64,000 nucleotides of DNA, taken from Actinomycetota bacterium (GTDB taxonomy: Bacteria > Actinomycetota > Actinomycetes > Nanopelagicales > Nanopelagicaceae). The notes under the pieces are model-generated. The model saw only the letters and a list, made by a program, of their open reading frames with translations. It was not told the DNA's origin and ran no database searches. The DNA lies in assembly GCA_037140155.1 (NCBI GenBank), contig JBAXFA010000001.1:36724-100723 (forward strand), written 5' to 3'. Position numbers and translations under genes: made by a program. Position 1 is the stretch's first letter, and each line of letters opens with the position of its first letter. Shown piece by piece: positions 19,759-29,446 of this stretch.

Positions 19759-21192
19759 ATGACATTTGAGTACGCACCAGCTCCTGAATCTCGTTCTATC
19801 GTAGATATCAAGCCAAAATACGGCCACTTTATTGATGGCAAGTTTGTGCCAGGTAAGAAACACTTTGCGACCATAAATCCCGCAACCGAAGAAGTTTTAA
19901 GTCAAATCTCACTTGGCGGTCAGAGCGATGTCGATAAAGCAGTCCTAGCGGCGCAAAAGGCATATACCAAGACTTGGTCAAAGCTGTCTGGCAAAGAACG
20001 TGGAAAATATCTCTACCGCATAGCGCGTATCTTGCAAGAGCGTGCTCGTGAATTTGCAGTGCTTGAAACTTTAGATAACGGCAAGCCAATTCGCGAGACA
20101 CGTGATATCGATATTCCACTAGTTGCGGCACATTTTTTCTATCACGCAGGATGGGCAGATAAATTAGATTACGCTGGCCTTGGTAAATCACCACAGCCAC
20201 ATGGCGTCGCTGGCCAGATAATTCCCTGGAACTTTCCGCTTCTTATGCTGGCGTGGAAAGTTGCACCCGCGCTAGCAACCGGAAATACCGTTGTCTTAAA
20301 GCCCGCTGAAACAACTTCGCTCACCGCACTTCTATTCGCTGAAGTTTGCCAACAGGCCGAACTCCCAGATGGCGTTGTAAACATTGTTACCGGTGATGGT
20401 TCAACCGGTGCGGCAATTGTTAACCATCCTGGTATCCATAAGATCGCATTTACTGGATCAACTGAGGTCGGAAAGAAGATTGCGCGCGCAATCGCTGGCA
20501 CCAATAAGAAAGCCACCCTTGAACTAGGTGGAAAAGGTGCAAATCTTGTCTTTGACGACGCTCCCCTAGATGAGACCGTCGAAGGCATTGTGAACGGCAT
20601 ATTTTTCAACCAAGGCCATGTTTGCTGCGCTGGCTCGCGCTTAATTCTGCAAGAAGGAATTGCCGATGAATTAATCGAAAAGCTAAAGGTTCGAATGGCA
20701 AAGATTCGGGTTGGTGATCCGCTAGATAAGAACACTGATTTGGGTGCGATAAATTCCAAAGAGCAATTAAGCAAGATTCAAGAATTAGCTAGCGCAGGAG
20801 ATTCAGAAGGCGCACAGCGCTGGAGCCCGGCCTGCACGTTATCGGCCAAAGGTTTCTGGTTTGCACCAACAATCTTTACCGGAGTAACTCAAGCTCATCG
20901 CATTGCGCGCGAGGAAATATTTGGACCAGTGCTCTCTATTCTTACTTTCCGCACACCACAAGAAGCGATCGAGAAAGCAAATAACACTCCATTTGGTTTA
21001 TCTGCTGGCGTGTGGAGCGAGAAAGGCTCACGCATCTTGTGGGCTACTCAGCAACTTCGAGCCGGAGTTGTCTGGGCAAATACCTTTAATAAATTTGATC
21101 CAACCTCACCATTTGGTGGTTATAAAGAATCTGGTTGGGGACGCGAAGGCGGCAAACACGGACTAGCGGCATATTTGAAGGAGGGAAAGTAA
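19759..21192 (+). CDS. NAD(P)-dependent aldehyde dehydrogenase
   Basis: 477 aa with both catalytic motifs, ELGGKG and FFNQGHVCCAGSR. Confidence 0.9.
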   Translation: MTFEYAPAPESRSIVDIKPKYGHFIDGKFVPGKKHFATINPATEEVLSQISLGGQSDVDKAVLAAQKAYTKTWSKLSGKERGKYLYRIARILQERAREFAVLETLDNGKPIRETRDIDIPLVAAHFFYHAGWADKLDYAGLGKSPQPHGVAGQIIPWNFPLLMLAWKVAPALATGNTVVLKPAETTSLTALLFAEVCQQAELPDGVVNIVTGDGSTGAAIVNHPGIHKIAFTGSTEVGKKIARAIAGTNKKATLELGGKGANLVFDDAPLDETVEGIVNGIFFNQGHVCCAGSRLILQEGIADELIEKLKVRMAKIRVGDPLDKNTDLGAINSKEQLSKIQELASAGDSEGAQRWSPACTLSAKGFWFAPTIFTGVTQAHRIAREEIFGPVLSILTFRTPQEAIEKANNTPFGLSAGVWSEKGSRILWATQQLRAGVVWANTFNKFDPTSPFGGYKESGWGREGGKHGLAAYLKEGK

Positions 21193-22062
21193 ATGGCTTC
21201 TTCGAAGAAGGTGACAAGTAAGGCGGCAGCTCGCCTAGAAGTTAAGAAGACTTACAAGTTATATATCAATGGCGCATTCCCGCGCAGTGAATCTGGCCGT
21301 GTATATGAAGTTAGCAACGCTAAAGGTGGATTTATTGCGAATCCATCACTTGCATCTCGTAAAGATTTACGTGATGCCGTCGTCGCAGCTCGTGCGGCAC
21401 AAAGCGGATGGGCCAAGGCCACCGCCTATAACCGTGGTCAAATTCTCTATCGCATTGCCGAAATGCTCGAAGGTCGCGCTGATCAATTTGCTTCCGAGAT
21501 ATCACTTGCTAACGGTGTTACTTTAAAGAGAGCGCAAGATGAAGTTGCCACAGCGATCGACCGTTGGGTTTGGTATGCCGGCTGGAGCGATAAGTTATCG
21601 GCAGCCTTCGGAGCCACAAACCCAGTTGCTGGCCCTTATTACAACTTCACTATCCCTGAGCCACAAGGTGTAATCGCAGTCGCTCCCGCCGAAACTTTCC
21701 TCGCCTTTATTGATGCAATTGCACCTGCAATTGTCTCTGGCAATACCGTTATCGCACTTGTTCCTGGTTCTGCCGCGATTGCGGCGATGACCTTTGCTGA
21801 AGTGTTAGCAACAAGTGATCTACCGGCAGGTGTTTTAAATATCTTGACTGGTTCACATGATGAGCTCGCTCCATGGGCAGCCTCTCACATGGATATTGAT
21901 GGATTTGATATCTCTGGCATCGATAAGAAGAAGCGAGCTGACCTTAAAGTCGCGGGCGCTGAGAACTTAAAGCGAATCCATAGCTTTGATGGCGTAATTT
22001 CCCCAACACGTATCTTCGCCTTTATGGAAGCAAAGACGGTCTGGCACCCAATCGGAGTTTAA
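21193..22062 (+). CDS. truncated aldehyde-dehydrogenase-like protein lacking the catalytic Cys region
   Basis: 289 aa. The ALDH N-terminal/cofactor-domain pattern is present (YINGAF..., WAK..., GNTVIALVPGS). There is no FxNxGQxCxA catalytic-Cys motif. The start directly abuts the stop of the upstream ALDH. Confidence 0.7.
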   Translation: MASSKKVTSKAAARLEVKKTYKLYINGAFPRSESGRVYEVSNAKGGFIANPSLASRKDLRDAVVAARAAQSGWAKATAYNRGQILYRIAEMLEGRADQFASEISLANGVTLKRAQDEVATAIDRWVWYAGWSDKLSAAFGATNPVAGPYYNFTIPEPQGVIAVAPAETFLAFIDAIAPAIVSGNTVIALVPGSAAIAAMTFAEVLATSDLPAGVLNILTGSHDELAPWAASHMDIDGFDISGIDKKKRADLKVAGAENLKRIHSFDGVISPTRIFAFMEAKTVWHPIGV

Positions 22063-22064
22063 AA

Positions 22065-23159
22065 CTACTTAGCAGATATTGCTAAGAAGCCAGGCTTAAC
22101 CACGTTTTCAATAATTGCCAAGCGCTCTTCAAATGGGATAAAAGAACTCTTGAGCGCGTTAATGGTCACGCGCTGCAGATCAAGAAATGTCCAGTTAAAT
22201 GCTTTAACTAGCTCGGTCATTTCGCGAGACATTGATGTTGCCGACATTAGACGATTATCAGTATTTACGGTTACACGAAAACGTAGCTTCGCTAAATCTC
22301 CAATTGGATGGTCTGCAAAGTTTGCGGCAGCACCTGTTTGAATATTCGAAGATGGACACATCTCAAGAGGAATTCGGCGGTCGCGAACATAGGCGGCCAG
22401 ACGCCCAAGTCGCGCTGGTGTGTGATTTAAATCGATATCGTCGATGATACGAACTCCATGGCCCAATCTCTCGGCACCGCAGAGTTGGATCGCCTCCCAG
22501 ATTGATGGAAGTCCATAGGCTTCACCGGCGTGAATCGTGAAGTGAGCATTTTCTCGGCGTAGATATTCGAAGGTATCTAGTTGATCGCTAGGTGGGAAGC
22601 CATCTTCTGGGCCTGCAATATCAAAGCCAACTACGCCACGATCGCGGTATTTAACAGCAAGTTCAGCTACTTCTTGCGAGAGTTGATTCTGGCGCATTCC
22701 GCAGAGGAGCAAGGTAACTCGAATAACGTTGCCTTCGTTCTTGGCATCTAATTCACCGGCCCGAAATCCTTCCAAAATTGCCTCGATAGCCGTAGATAAA
22801 GTTAAACCTTTCTCAGTGAGTAGTTCTGGCGCCATTCGGACTTCGGCGTAGACAACGCCGTCGCGCGCTAAATCAATCGCACATTCACGAGACACGCGAA
22901 TTACATCTTCGGCACGCTGCATCACCGCAACTGTGTGAGCAAAAGTTTCTAGATAACGTACGAGAGAACCAGAGTCACAAGATGCACGGAACCATTCTGC
23001 AAGTTCTGCCGCATCGTAAGTTGGAAGCTCGTGACCGATCTCTTTGGCGATATCGATAATAGTTTGTGGGCGCAGGCCGCCATCTAAGTGATCGTGCAGC
23101 AACGCTTTGGGAAGGAGTTTAATTTGTTCTGGGGTTGGAACTTTATTTAAATTACTCAT
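22065..23159 (-). CDS. add: adenosine deaminase
   Basis: [11 protein letters not shown] metal-binding start and the SLNTDD-like VNTDNRLMS motif. Confidence 0.9.
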   Translation of the reverse strand: MSNLNKVPTPEQIKLLPKALLHDHLDGGLRPQTIIDIAKEIGHELPTYDAAELAEWFRASCDSGSLVRYLETFAHTVAVMQRAEDVIRVSRECAIDLARDGVVYAEVRMAPELLTEKGLTLSTAIEAILEGFRAGELDAKNEGNVIRVTLLLCGMRQNQLSQEVAELAVKYRDRGVVGFDIAGPEDGFPPSDQLDTFEYLRRENAHFTIHAGEAYGLPSIWEAIQLCGAERLGHGVRIIDDIDLNHTPARLGRLAAYVRDRRIPLEMCPSSNIQTGAAANFADHPIGDLAKLRFRVTVNTDNRLMSATSMSREMTELVKAFNWTFLDLQRVTINALKSSFIPFEERLAIIENVVKPGFLAISAK

Positions 23160-24493
23160 CCAGTAATCCGTTCAATCACAAGCGGCAGGCGATCTACCTT
23201 GCCATTTTCTTCAATTTTAATTGCCCCATCCAGTATCTCAATGGCGCGTTCAAAGCGGGCAGGTTCATCGGTATGTAATGTCAGGAGTGGCGATCCTTTT
23301 GCGACGTAATCACCAGGTTTAGCGTGCATTTCAATTCCAGCACCTGCCTGTACCTTTTCTCCTTGCTTAGAGCGCCCTGCACCTAAACGCCAAGCAGAGA
23401 CTCCAATTTTCATAGCATCCATCTTGGTCATAGTTCCGGATTGCGTTGCAGTAATTACATGTTGCTCGCGCGCAACTGGCAGCTTCGCATCTGGGTCTCC
23501 ACCTTGGGCTGAAATCATTCGCTTCCAGTGATCCATCGCTGATCCATCTTTTAGAGCATCTGCCGGATCTTTCCCAAGTATGCCTGCCGCATCAATCATC
23601 TCGCGCGCCAAAAGAATAGTTAACTCAACAACATCGGCTGGTCCACCACCGGCTAAAACCTCAATAGATTCGCGTACTTCAAGGGCATTTCCGGCAGTTA
23701 AGCCAAGTGGTACATCCATCGCAGTAACCAAAGCGCGCGTTTTAACTCCAGCGTCGAGCCCAAGTTGCACCATCGTGCGAGCAAGTTCTGCCGCTTTGGC
23801 AGGATCACTCATAAAGGCTCCGCTCCCAGTTTTAACATCGAGGATTAGCGCCGAAGTTCCTTCAGCGATCTTCTTCGACATAATCGAAGAGGCAATTAGC
23901 GGAATGGCTTCAACTGTTGCCGTCACATCGCGCAGCGCATATAGCTTTTTATCTGCTGGCGCTAAACCAGCACCGGCTGCACAAATTACCGCACCAGTGT
24001 CTTGCAAAACTTTTAACATTTCTTCATTCGATAGCGATGCACGCCAGCCAGGAATTGACTCGAGCTTATCTAGGGTGCCACCAGTATGACCGAGACCACG
24101 GCCAGAAAGTTGTGGAACGGCTCCCCCGCATGCAGCAACAAGCGGAGCAAGCGGCAAGGTGATCTTGTCACCAACGCCACCAGTTGAATGCTTATCTGCT
24201 GTTGGGCGATCTAGCGCTGACCAATTCATTCGCTCACCGGAATTAATCATGGCGTTAGTCCAGCGAGAAATTTCGCGTGAGTTCATGCCATTTAAAAGAA
24301 TTGCCATAAGCAGCGCAGACATTTGTTCGTCGGCAATGACACCGCGAGTATAGGCATCGACTGCCCAGTCAATTTGCTTATCTGTTAGCTCATTGCGATC
24401 ACGCTTGGCTGCAATTATTTCTACGGCAGCGAAGGGTTCGACGCCATTGCTACTTTGGTTAGTCAAGGCGCTTATCAATCTCTTCGGGACCAA
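23156..24493 (-). CDS. deoA: thymidine/pyrimidine-nucleoside phosphorylase
   Basis: [10 protein letters not shown] and [16 protein letters not shown] motifs. The track start is a TTG that overlaps cdd. The true start may be the TTG at 24466. Confidence 0.9.
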   Translation of the reverse strand: MVPKRLISALTNQSSNGVEPFAAVEIIAAKRDRNELTDKQIDWAVDAYTRGVIADEQMSALLMAILLNGMNSREISRWTNAMINSGERMNWSALDRPTADKHSTGGVGDKITLPLAPLVAACGGAVPQLSGRGLGHTGGTLDKLESIPGWRASLSNEEMLKVLQDTGAVICAAGAGLAPADKKLYALRDVTATVEAIPLIASSIMSKKIAEGTSALILDVKTGSGAFMSDPAKAAELARTMVQLGLDAGVKTRALVTAMDVPLGLTAGNALEVRESIEVLAGGGPADVVELTILLAREMIDAAGILGKDPADALKDGSAMDHWKRMISAQGGDPDAKLPVAREQHVITATQSGTMTKMDAMKIGVSAWRLGAGRSKQGEKVQAGAGIEMHAKPGDYVAKGSPLLTLHTDEPARFERAIEILDGAIKIEENGKVDRLPLVIERITG

Positions 24494-24857
24494 ATGCCCA
24501 AGGAAGTAGTTCCGATAGCGGCTTAACTCCGGTATCTGTCATTAATTGCAAATTCGAACCGCCATGTTCTTGCAGTAACTGACGGCAACGGCCACATGGC
24601 ATTAAATAATTTTCTGCAATATCGACACAGCTAAATGCGATTAAGCGACCGCCACCGCTATTGATCAAGTTAGATACCAGGCCGCATTCAGCACATAAAG
24701 TCAGCCCATAACTGGCATTTTCTACGTTGCAGCCAGAAATTATTCGGCCGTCATCGACCAGCGCAGCTACCCCAACTGGAAATTTAGAATATGGCGCATA
24801 AGCCTGCTTCATCGCAGTTACCGCATGTGATTTAAGAAGCTCCCAATCAACGAGCAT
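24459..24857 (-). CDS. cdd: cytidine deaminase
   Basis: Zinc motifs CAECGLV and PCGRCRQ. Start trimmed to MLVDWELLK to avoid overlapping the upstream SBP gene; the track start is 24878. Confidence 0.88.
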   Translation of the reverse strand: MLVDWELLKSHAVTAMKQAYAPYSKFPVGVAALVDDGRIISGCNVENASYGLTLCAECGLVSNLINSGGGRLIAFSCVDIAENYLMPCGRCRQLLQEHGGSNLQLMTDTGVKPLSELLPWAFGPEEIDKRLD

Positions 24858-25845
24858 AAGCCGCACTCGCTGCCGCATTGATCGCTGCTGATTGGGCAGC
24901 TAACGTCTTCGACTTAATTACGATTTCAATACCCTTATCGGCAATTGTGTAGCGATGTCCGTAAATTCCAGCCTTTGGGTCGATCACATCAGATAGTTGG
25001 CTCTTATTAGCCGCACGCCCGATTACATCCGAAACTGCAATATCTACTCGCTTAACAATAGATGCTAATAAATACTTCGAGTTGGCCGGGGTAACAGTTA
25101 GATACAGGTCTGGTTCAGTGAGAATCAGATTGATATCTGCGGCGCTCTTCTTACGCGATTTAGAGGTATTTGCTTTTACGATCGCATCAAATACAGAATC
25201 CGCAGAACCAGAAGTTGCGGTGTAGATGACATCAATACCCAAGGAAATGAATGCTTGGGCTGCAAAATCTAAGTCGGTGGCAGTAAATTTTACAAAAGAG
25301 CGCACGTTCTTCTTAGCGGCGCTAACCCCTGCTAGAAATCCATTTTGGTAATTATCAGCCGAAGATGGAGTTGTAATCATGGCGACCTTGCCGCTCTTGG
25401 TGGTAAGCGCAGCGCTATAGCCCGCCAGAAACGCTCCTTCAATATCTGCAAAGGTAATCGAGGTTACATTGAGCGCTGCAATTGAAGCATCTCCAATAAT
25501 TGCAAATTGGATATTTGGAAATTCAATTGCGAGTGGGGCTACTGCTTTTGCATACTCGCCACCAACTGCAATTATTGTTGCGCAATTTTTCGCAGTTAGT
25601 GAGCGAAGTCTTTTAGTGCGATCGACTAGTGTGCCGTCAGTTACGACGCCTTCAAAGGTAAAGGTGAATTGGTTTTGTGCTTTTTTTACACCCGCCAATG
25701 TGGCGTCGTTAAATGAGCGATCTCCAAGCCCGCCAGTGTCGTAGGCGATACAAATATTTGTGGCGGCATTAGCAGGGGCAGCGCTAGCTAGAGCTGATGA
25801 AATAATTAGAGCTGCGATAGAAAAACCTGAACGTATTTTCATCAC
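24847..25845 (-). CDS. BMP-family (PnrA-like) nucleoside ABC transporter substrate-binding protein
   Basis: Signal peptide followed by ICIAYDTGGLGDRSFND, the typical BMP family start. Confidence 0.8.
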   Translation of the reverse strand: MMKIRSGFSIAALIISSALASAAPANAATNICIAYDTGGLGDRSFNDATLAGVKKAQNQFTFTFEGVVTDGTLVDRTKRLRSLTAKNCATIIAVGGEYAKAVAPLAIEFPNIQFAIIGDASIAALNVTSITFADIEGAFLAGYSAALTTKSGKVAMITTPSSADNYQNGFLAGVSAAKKNVRSFVKFTATDLDFAAQAFISLGIDVIYTATSGSADSVFDAIVKANTSKSRKKSAADINLILTEPDLYLTVTPANSKYLLASIVKRVDIAVSDVIGRAANKSQLSDVIDPKAGIYGHRYTIADKGIEIVIKSKTLAAQSAAINAAASAAYAR

Positions 25846-26837
25846 AAGACCAAACCTAAATTTTTATATGTGTCGGCAACGGTTGCACTAGCAACGCTTC
25901 GAGCCTTGTCCGCACCTGAGTGAAGAATTTTAATTAAATGCGCTTCATCTTCGAGGAGCTCAAGCGCTCGCGCACGAATTGGACGCAAATACTCAACGAC
26001 GACTTCAGCTACTGCGCCTTTGAAATCGCCATAGCCCTTTCCAGCAAATTCACTTTCTAACTCTGAAATCTTCTTGCCTGATAGCGCTGCATGAATAGTA
26101 AGCAAGTTGCTAATTCCAGGCTTTTCTTTATCATCAAATTTAACTTCGCGGCCAGCATCGGTTGTTGCGCTCTTGATCTTCTTGGCATTTGCTTCAGGGG
26201 TATCCATAATTTCTAATACTCCGGCTGCTGATCCAGAAGACTTGCTCATCTTATTTGTTGGCTCTTGCAGGTCAAAAATCTTGGCGCCCGATTTAAGGAT
26301 GTGGCCTTCTGGAATTCGGAAGGTCTCACCAAAACGCGTATTAAAACGTGTAGCTAAATCACGAGTTAGCTCGATATGTTGGCGCTGATCTTCGCCGACT
26401 GGAACGTAATGGGCTTGATACAAGAGAATATCAGCGGCTTGCAACATTGGATATGTAAATAGACCTACTCGTGCCGAATCTGCGCCACCTTTAGCTGATT
26501 TATCTTTAAATTGGGTCATTCGATTTGCTTCGCCAAAGCCCGCAATACATTCCATAATCCAACCAAGTTGATTATGTTCGGCAACATGTGATTGGACAAA
26601 GAGAGTTGATTTATCTGGTGATATGCCAAGCGCAATTAACTGAGCAGCAGAGGTAAGGATTCGCTTACGTAGAAGTGCGGGATCTATTTCGCCAGTAAGG
26701 GCGTGAAGATCTACGATGCAGTAAAAGGCATCATTTCCTTCTTGTAGCTCAACCCATTGCTTCAGCGCGCCTAGATAATTTCCTAGGTGGAAAGAGTCGC
26801 TAGTCGGTTGGATACCGGAGAGGATGCGCTTTTCCAT
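25842..26837 (-). CDS. trpS: tryptophan--tRNA ligase
   Basis: HLGNYLG (HIGH-type) and KMSKS motifs. Confidence 0.93.
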   Translation of the reverse strand: MEKRILSGIQPTSDSFHLGNYLGALKQWVELQEGNDAFYCIVDLHALTGEIDPALLRKRILTSAAQLIALGISPDKSTLFVQSHVAEHNQLGWIMECIAGFGEANRMTQFKDKSAKGGADSARVGLFTYPMLQAADILLYQAHYVPVGEDQRQHIELTRDLATRFNTRFGETFRIPEGHILKSGAKIFDLQEPTNKMSKSSGSAAGVLEIMDTPEANAKKIKSATTDAGREVKFDDKEKPGISNLLTIHAALSGKKISELESEFAGKGYGDFKGAVAEVVVEYLRPIRARALELLEDEAHLIKILHSGADKARSVASATVADTYKNLGLVL

Positions 26838-26859
26838 GTTGGTATTCTCGCATGGATCG

Positions 26860-28152
26860 CTAATTACGCGATATCGCTAACTGTCCTGCGCGCTTGCCTT
26901 CCATCGTTAAAACAGTGATACGAATACCGTTTACCCCGACCACATCATTAACAACTGGAATTCGCCCTAAAAAGTGCATCACAAATCCACTAGCGGTTTC
27001 ATATGGCCCATCGGGAATATCAATGCCAGTTTGATCGCGTAAATCATCGAGCGAAATCAGCCCATCGACCTCAAAGTCGCCCGTGCGGGCTTGCAGCGAT
27101 ACTTCCGCCTCATCGACATCATATTCATCTTTGATATCGCCGATCAGGCACTCCACCAAATCTTCGAGGGTGACGATGCCATCGGTTCCGCCATATTCAT
27201 CAAGGACAATTGCTAAATGCTGGCGCTGATTGCGCATCTCGGTCAGTGCAGGCAGAACACCTTTAGTTCCGGGTAAGAACATAATGCTACGAACTAGCTC
27301 TTGAATCTTTCCCCCAGCGCTAACGAGTGAGGTATCCAATAAGTCGCGCACGTGAATAAAGCCAATTACTTCATCGGTGGAACCGCGAACGACTGGGTAG
27401 CGAGAGTGGGCACGATCTACGGCGAGCGCAATCGCTTTACCAACTGTAAGTGAGGCATCCATAAAATCGACTTCGGTGCGCGGCACCATAACTTCATGAA
27501 CCTGGCGCTCGGATGCGTTAAAGACTTCTTCTACGATATCGCGTTCTTCGGCAGTTAGCGCGGCATGTCCGGTTACTAGATCTAATAACTCTTCTTCAGA
27601 CATTTGGCTACGTTGTTCTTTAGGATCGATACCAAAGGCGCGAACGACAAAATCAGTTGAACGAGATAGTAACCAGATAATCGGACGGAATAACTTTGCG
27701 ATGATATCGATGGCGCCAGCGCTCCATAGCGATATCTCTTCAGTACGAAAGAGCGCCAAACGCTTTGGAACTAATTCTCCGAAAACCAGCGAGAAATAAG
27801 CGATAACTAGCGTTACTCCAATTAGCGAAGTTACATTTGCCGCATCCGCTGATAAACCTAAATCGATTAGTTGTGGAATCACATATACGCCAAGTTTTTC
27901 TGCACCAAGGGCGGCCGATAAAAATCCGCAGACTGTGACGCCGACTTGAGCGGCCGCTAAGAAGCGATTGGGGTTGGTTGCAAGGTGAGCGACCTTAGCT
28001 CCACGTTTACCTCTAGTTGAGAGTTGGCGAACTTGGCTCTCGCGCAGTGAGATAAGTGCAATTTCGGCCGCTACAAAGAGTGCGCCAAGCAAGATAAGGC
28101 CGGCTACGGTGGCTAGATCGCCCAGTAAGGCACCAATCGGGTAAGGGTCCAT
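26860..28152 (-). CDS. hemolysin-family/CNNM membrane protein (DUF21-CBS pair-CorC_HlyC)
   Basis: 430 aa. N-terminal TM helices, a central CBS region and a C-terminal CorC-type domain. Confidence 0.8.
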   Translation of the reverse strand: MDPYPIGALLGDLATVAGLILLGALFVAAEIALISLRESQVRQLSTRGKRGAKVAHLATNPNRFLAAAQVGVTVCGFLSAALGAEKLGVYVIPQLIDLGLSADAANVTSLIGVTLVIAYFSLVFGELVPKRLALFRTEEISLWSAGAIDIIAKLFRPIIWLLSRSTDFVVRAFGIDPKEQRSQMSEEELLDLVTGHAALTAEERDIVEEVFNASERQVHEVMVPRTEVDFMDASLTVGKAIALAVDRAHSRYPVVRGSTDEVIGFIHVRDLLDTSLVSAGGKIQELVRSIMFLPGTKGVLPALTEMRNQRQHLAIVLDEYGGTDGIVTLEDLVECLIGDIKDEYDVDEAEVSLQARTGDFEVDGLISLDDLRDQTGIDIPDGPYETASGFVMHFLGRIPVVNDVVGVNGIRITVLTMEGKRAGQLAISRN

Positions 28153-28261
28153 GATGAGGGCAATTCTACTTCCTTCTCGAACCAGCGGGCGATCTACTGC
28201 GCCCCTTCCATATTTCTACGCTTGTGCCCTATTCTTACCCAGCCTAGCCAACCGGCTAGCA

Positions 28262-28304
28262 CCTTCATCCTCGGACCGTCGGGCACGTACCTGCCCGGAG
28301 AAGG
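28262..28304 (+). promoter_or_regulatory. candidate SD-sequestering hairpin in the msiK 5' leader
   Basis: CCTTCATCC (28262-28270) can pair with GGAGAAGG (28297-28304), with one bulged A. An inner hairpin forms from GGGCA (28281-28285) and TGCCC (28292-28296). The 3' arm overlaps the GGAGAAGGAG ribosome-binding region 9-15 nt before the ATG at 28316. Confidence 0.3.
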
Positions 28305-28315
28305 AGATACCTTAA

Positions 28316-29398
28316 ATGGCATCTGTTGTATTCGAAAACGCAACACGTATTTATCCAGGCACAACCAAACCTGCAGTCGACAAGTTAAACCTAACTGTTA
28401 AAGACGGTGAATTTTTAGTTCTTGTCGGTCCATCAGGTTGCGGTAAGTCAACATCGCTTCGTATGTTGGCAGGCCTTGAAGAGATCGACGAAGGTCGCAT
28501 TCTTATCGGTGACCGCGATGTAACAAACGTTGCTCCAAAAGATCGTGATATCGCAATGGTCTTCCAGTCATATGCGCTATACCCACATATGACTGTTGCA
28601 GAGAACATGGGATTTGCACTTAAGATCGCTGGAGTTGCTAAAGAAGAACGCGATAAGCGCGTTAATGAAGCAGCTAAATTGCTTGACCTTGAACCATATC
28701 TAGAGCGCAAGCCAAAGGCTCTTTCAGGTGGGCAACGTCAGCGCGTTGCAATGGGTCGCGCAATTGTTCGCGAACCACAGGTCTTCCTTATGGATGAGCC
28801 ACTATCAAACCTTGATGCGAAGTTGCGCGTTGCAACTCGTACCCAGATCGCAGCGCTACAGCGCCGCCTCGGAATTACAACTGTCTACGTAACACACGAC
28901 CAAGTAGAAGCTATGACTATGGGCGATCGCGTAGCAGTTCTAAAAGATGGTCTACTTCAGCAAGTAGATACACCTCGCAATCTTTACGATTCACCAGCAA
29001 ATGCATTCGTTGCCGGCTTTATCGGATCTCCTGCCATGAACCTTCTCTCTGCTCCTGTTAGCGGTGGCAAGGCGATGCTTGGTGATCTAGCGATCGATGT
29101 TCCAGCATCTGCCGGATCATCAGTCACAGTCGGTATCCGTCCAGAAGGATTCGCACCTGCTTCAAAGGGCTTTAACGTCCTTGTTGAAGTAGTTGAAGAG
29201 CTCGGTGCCGATGCATTCGTATATGGCAAGCCAGCAGATTCCTCAGTGAAGTTTGCTAACTCTGGCGATGAAGGCGCACAAGTAATTGTTCGTTGGGATC
29301 CAAAGAACCCACCTAAGCCAGGTGACACAATTTCTGTGACAGCTAACGCAAGTGCAGTGCACCTCTTTAGTTCATCAACTGGAGAACGTGTTAAGTAA
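28316..29398 (+). CDS. msiK: sugar ABC transporter ATP-binding protein (MsiK/UgpC/MalK type)
   Basis: Walker [10 protein letters not shown], signature LSGGQRQR, Walker B FLMDEPLS, and a C-terminal MalK-like regulatory domain. Confidence 0.9.
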   Translation: MASVVFENATRIYPGTTKPAVDKLNLTVKDGEFLVLVGPSGCGKSTSLRMLAGLEEIDEGRILIGDRDVTNVAPKDRDIAMVFQSYALYPHMTVAENMGFALKIAGVAKEERDKRVNEAAKLLDLEPYLERKPKALSGGQRQRVAMGRAIVREPQVFLMDEPLSNLDAKLRVATRTQIAALQRRLGITTVYVTHDQVEAMTMGDRVAVLKDGLLQQVDTPRNLYDSPANAFVAGFIGSPAMNLLSAPVSGGKAMLGDLAIDVPASAGSSVTVGIRPEGFAPASKGFNVLVEVVEELGADAFVYGKPADSSVKFANSGDEGAQVIVRWDPKNPPKPGDTISVTANASAVHLFSSSTGERVK

Positions 29399-29410
29399 TT
29401 TGAAGTAAAT

Positions 29411-29445
29411 AAAACCCCCGTCACTTATGTGGCGGGGGTTTTATA
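29411..29445. terminator. bidirectional rho-independent terminator between msiK and the enolase-like gene
   Basis: AAAACCCCCGTCAC (29411-29424) / TTAT loop / GTGGCGGGGGTTTT (29429-29442). 14-bp stem with one mismatch, flanked by an A-run and a T-run. Confidence 0.85.
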
Positions 29446-29446
29446 T

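Noticed and set aside
28244-28259. Small palindrome CTAGCC-AACC-GGCTAG upstream of msiK.
   Set aside because: The stem is only 6 bp, which is expected by chance in 64 kb. I did not report it as a separate feature.
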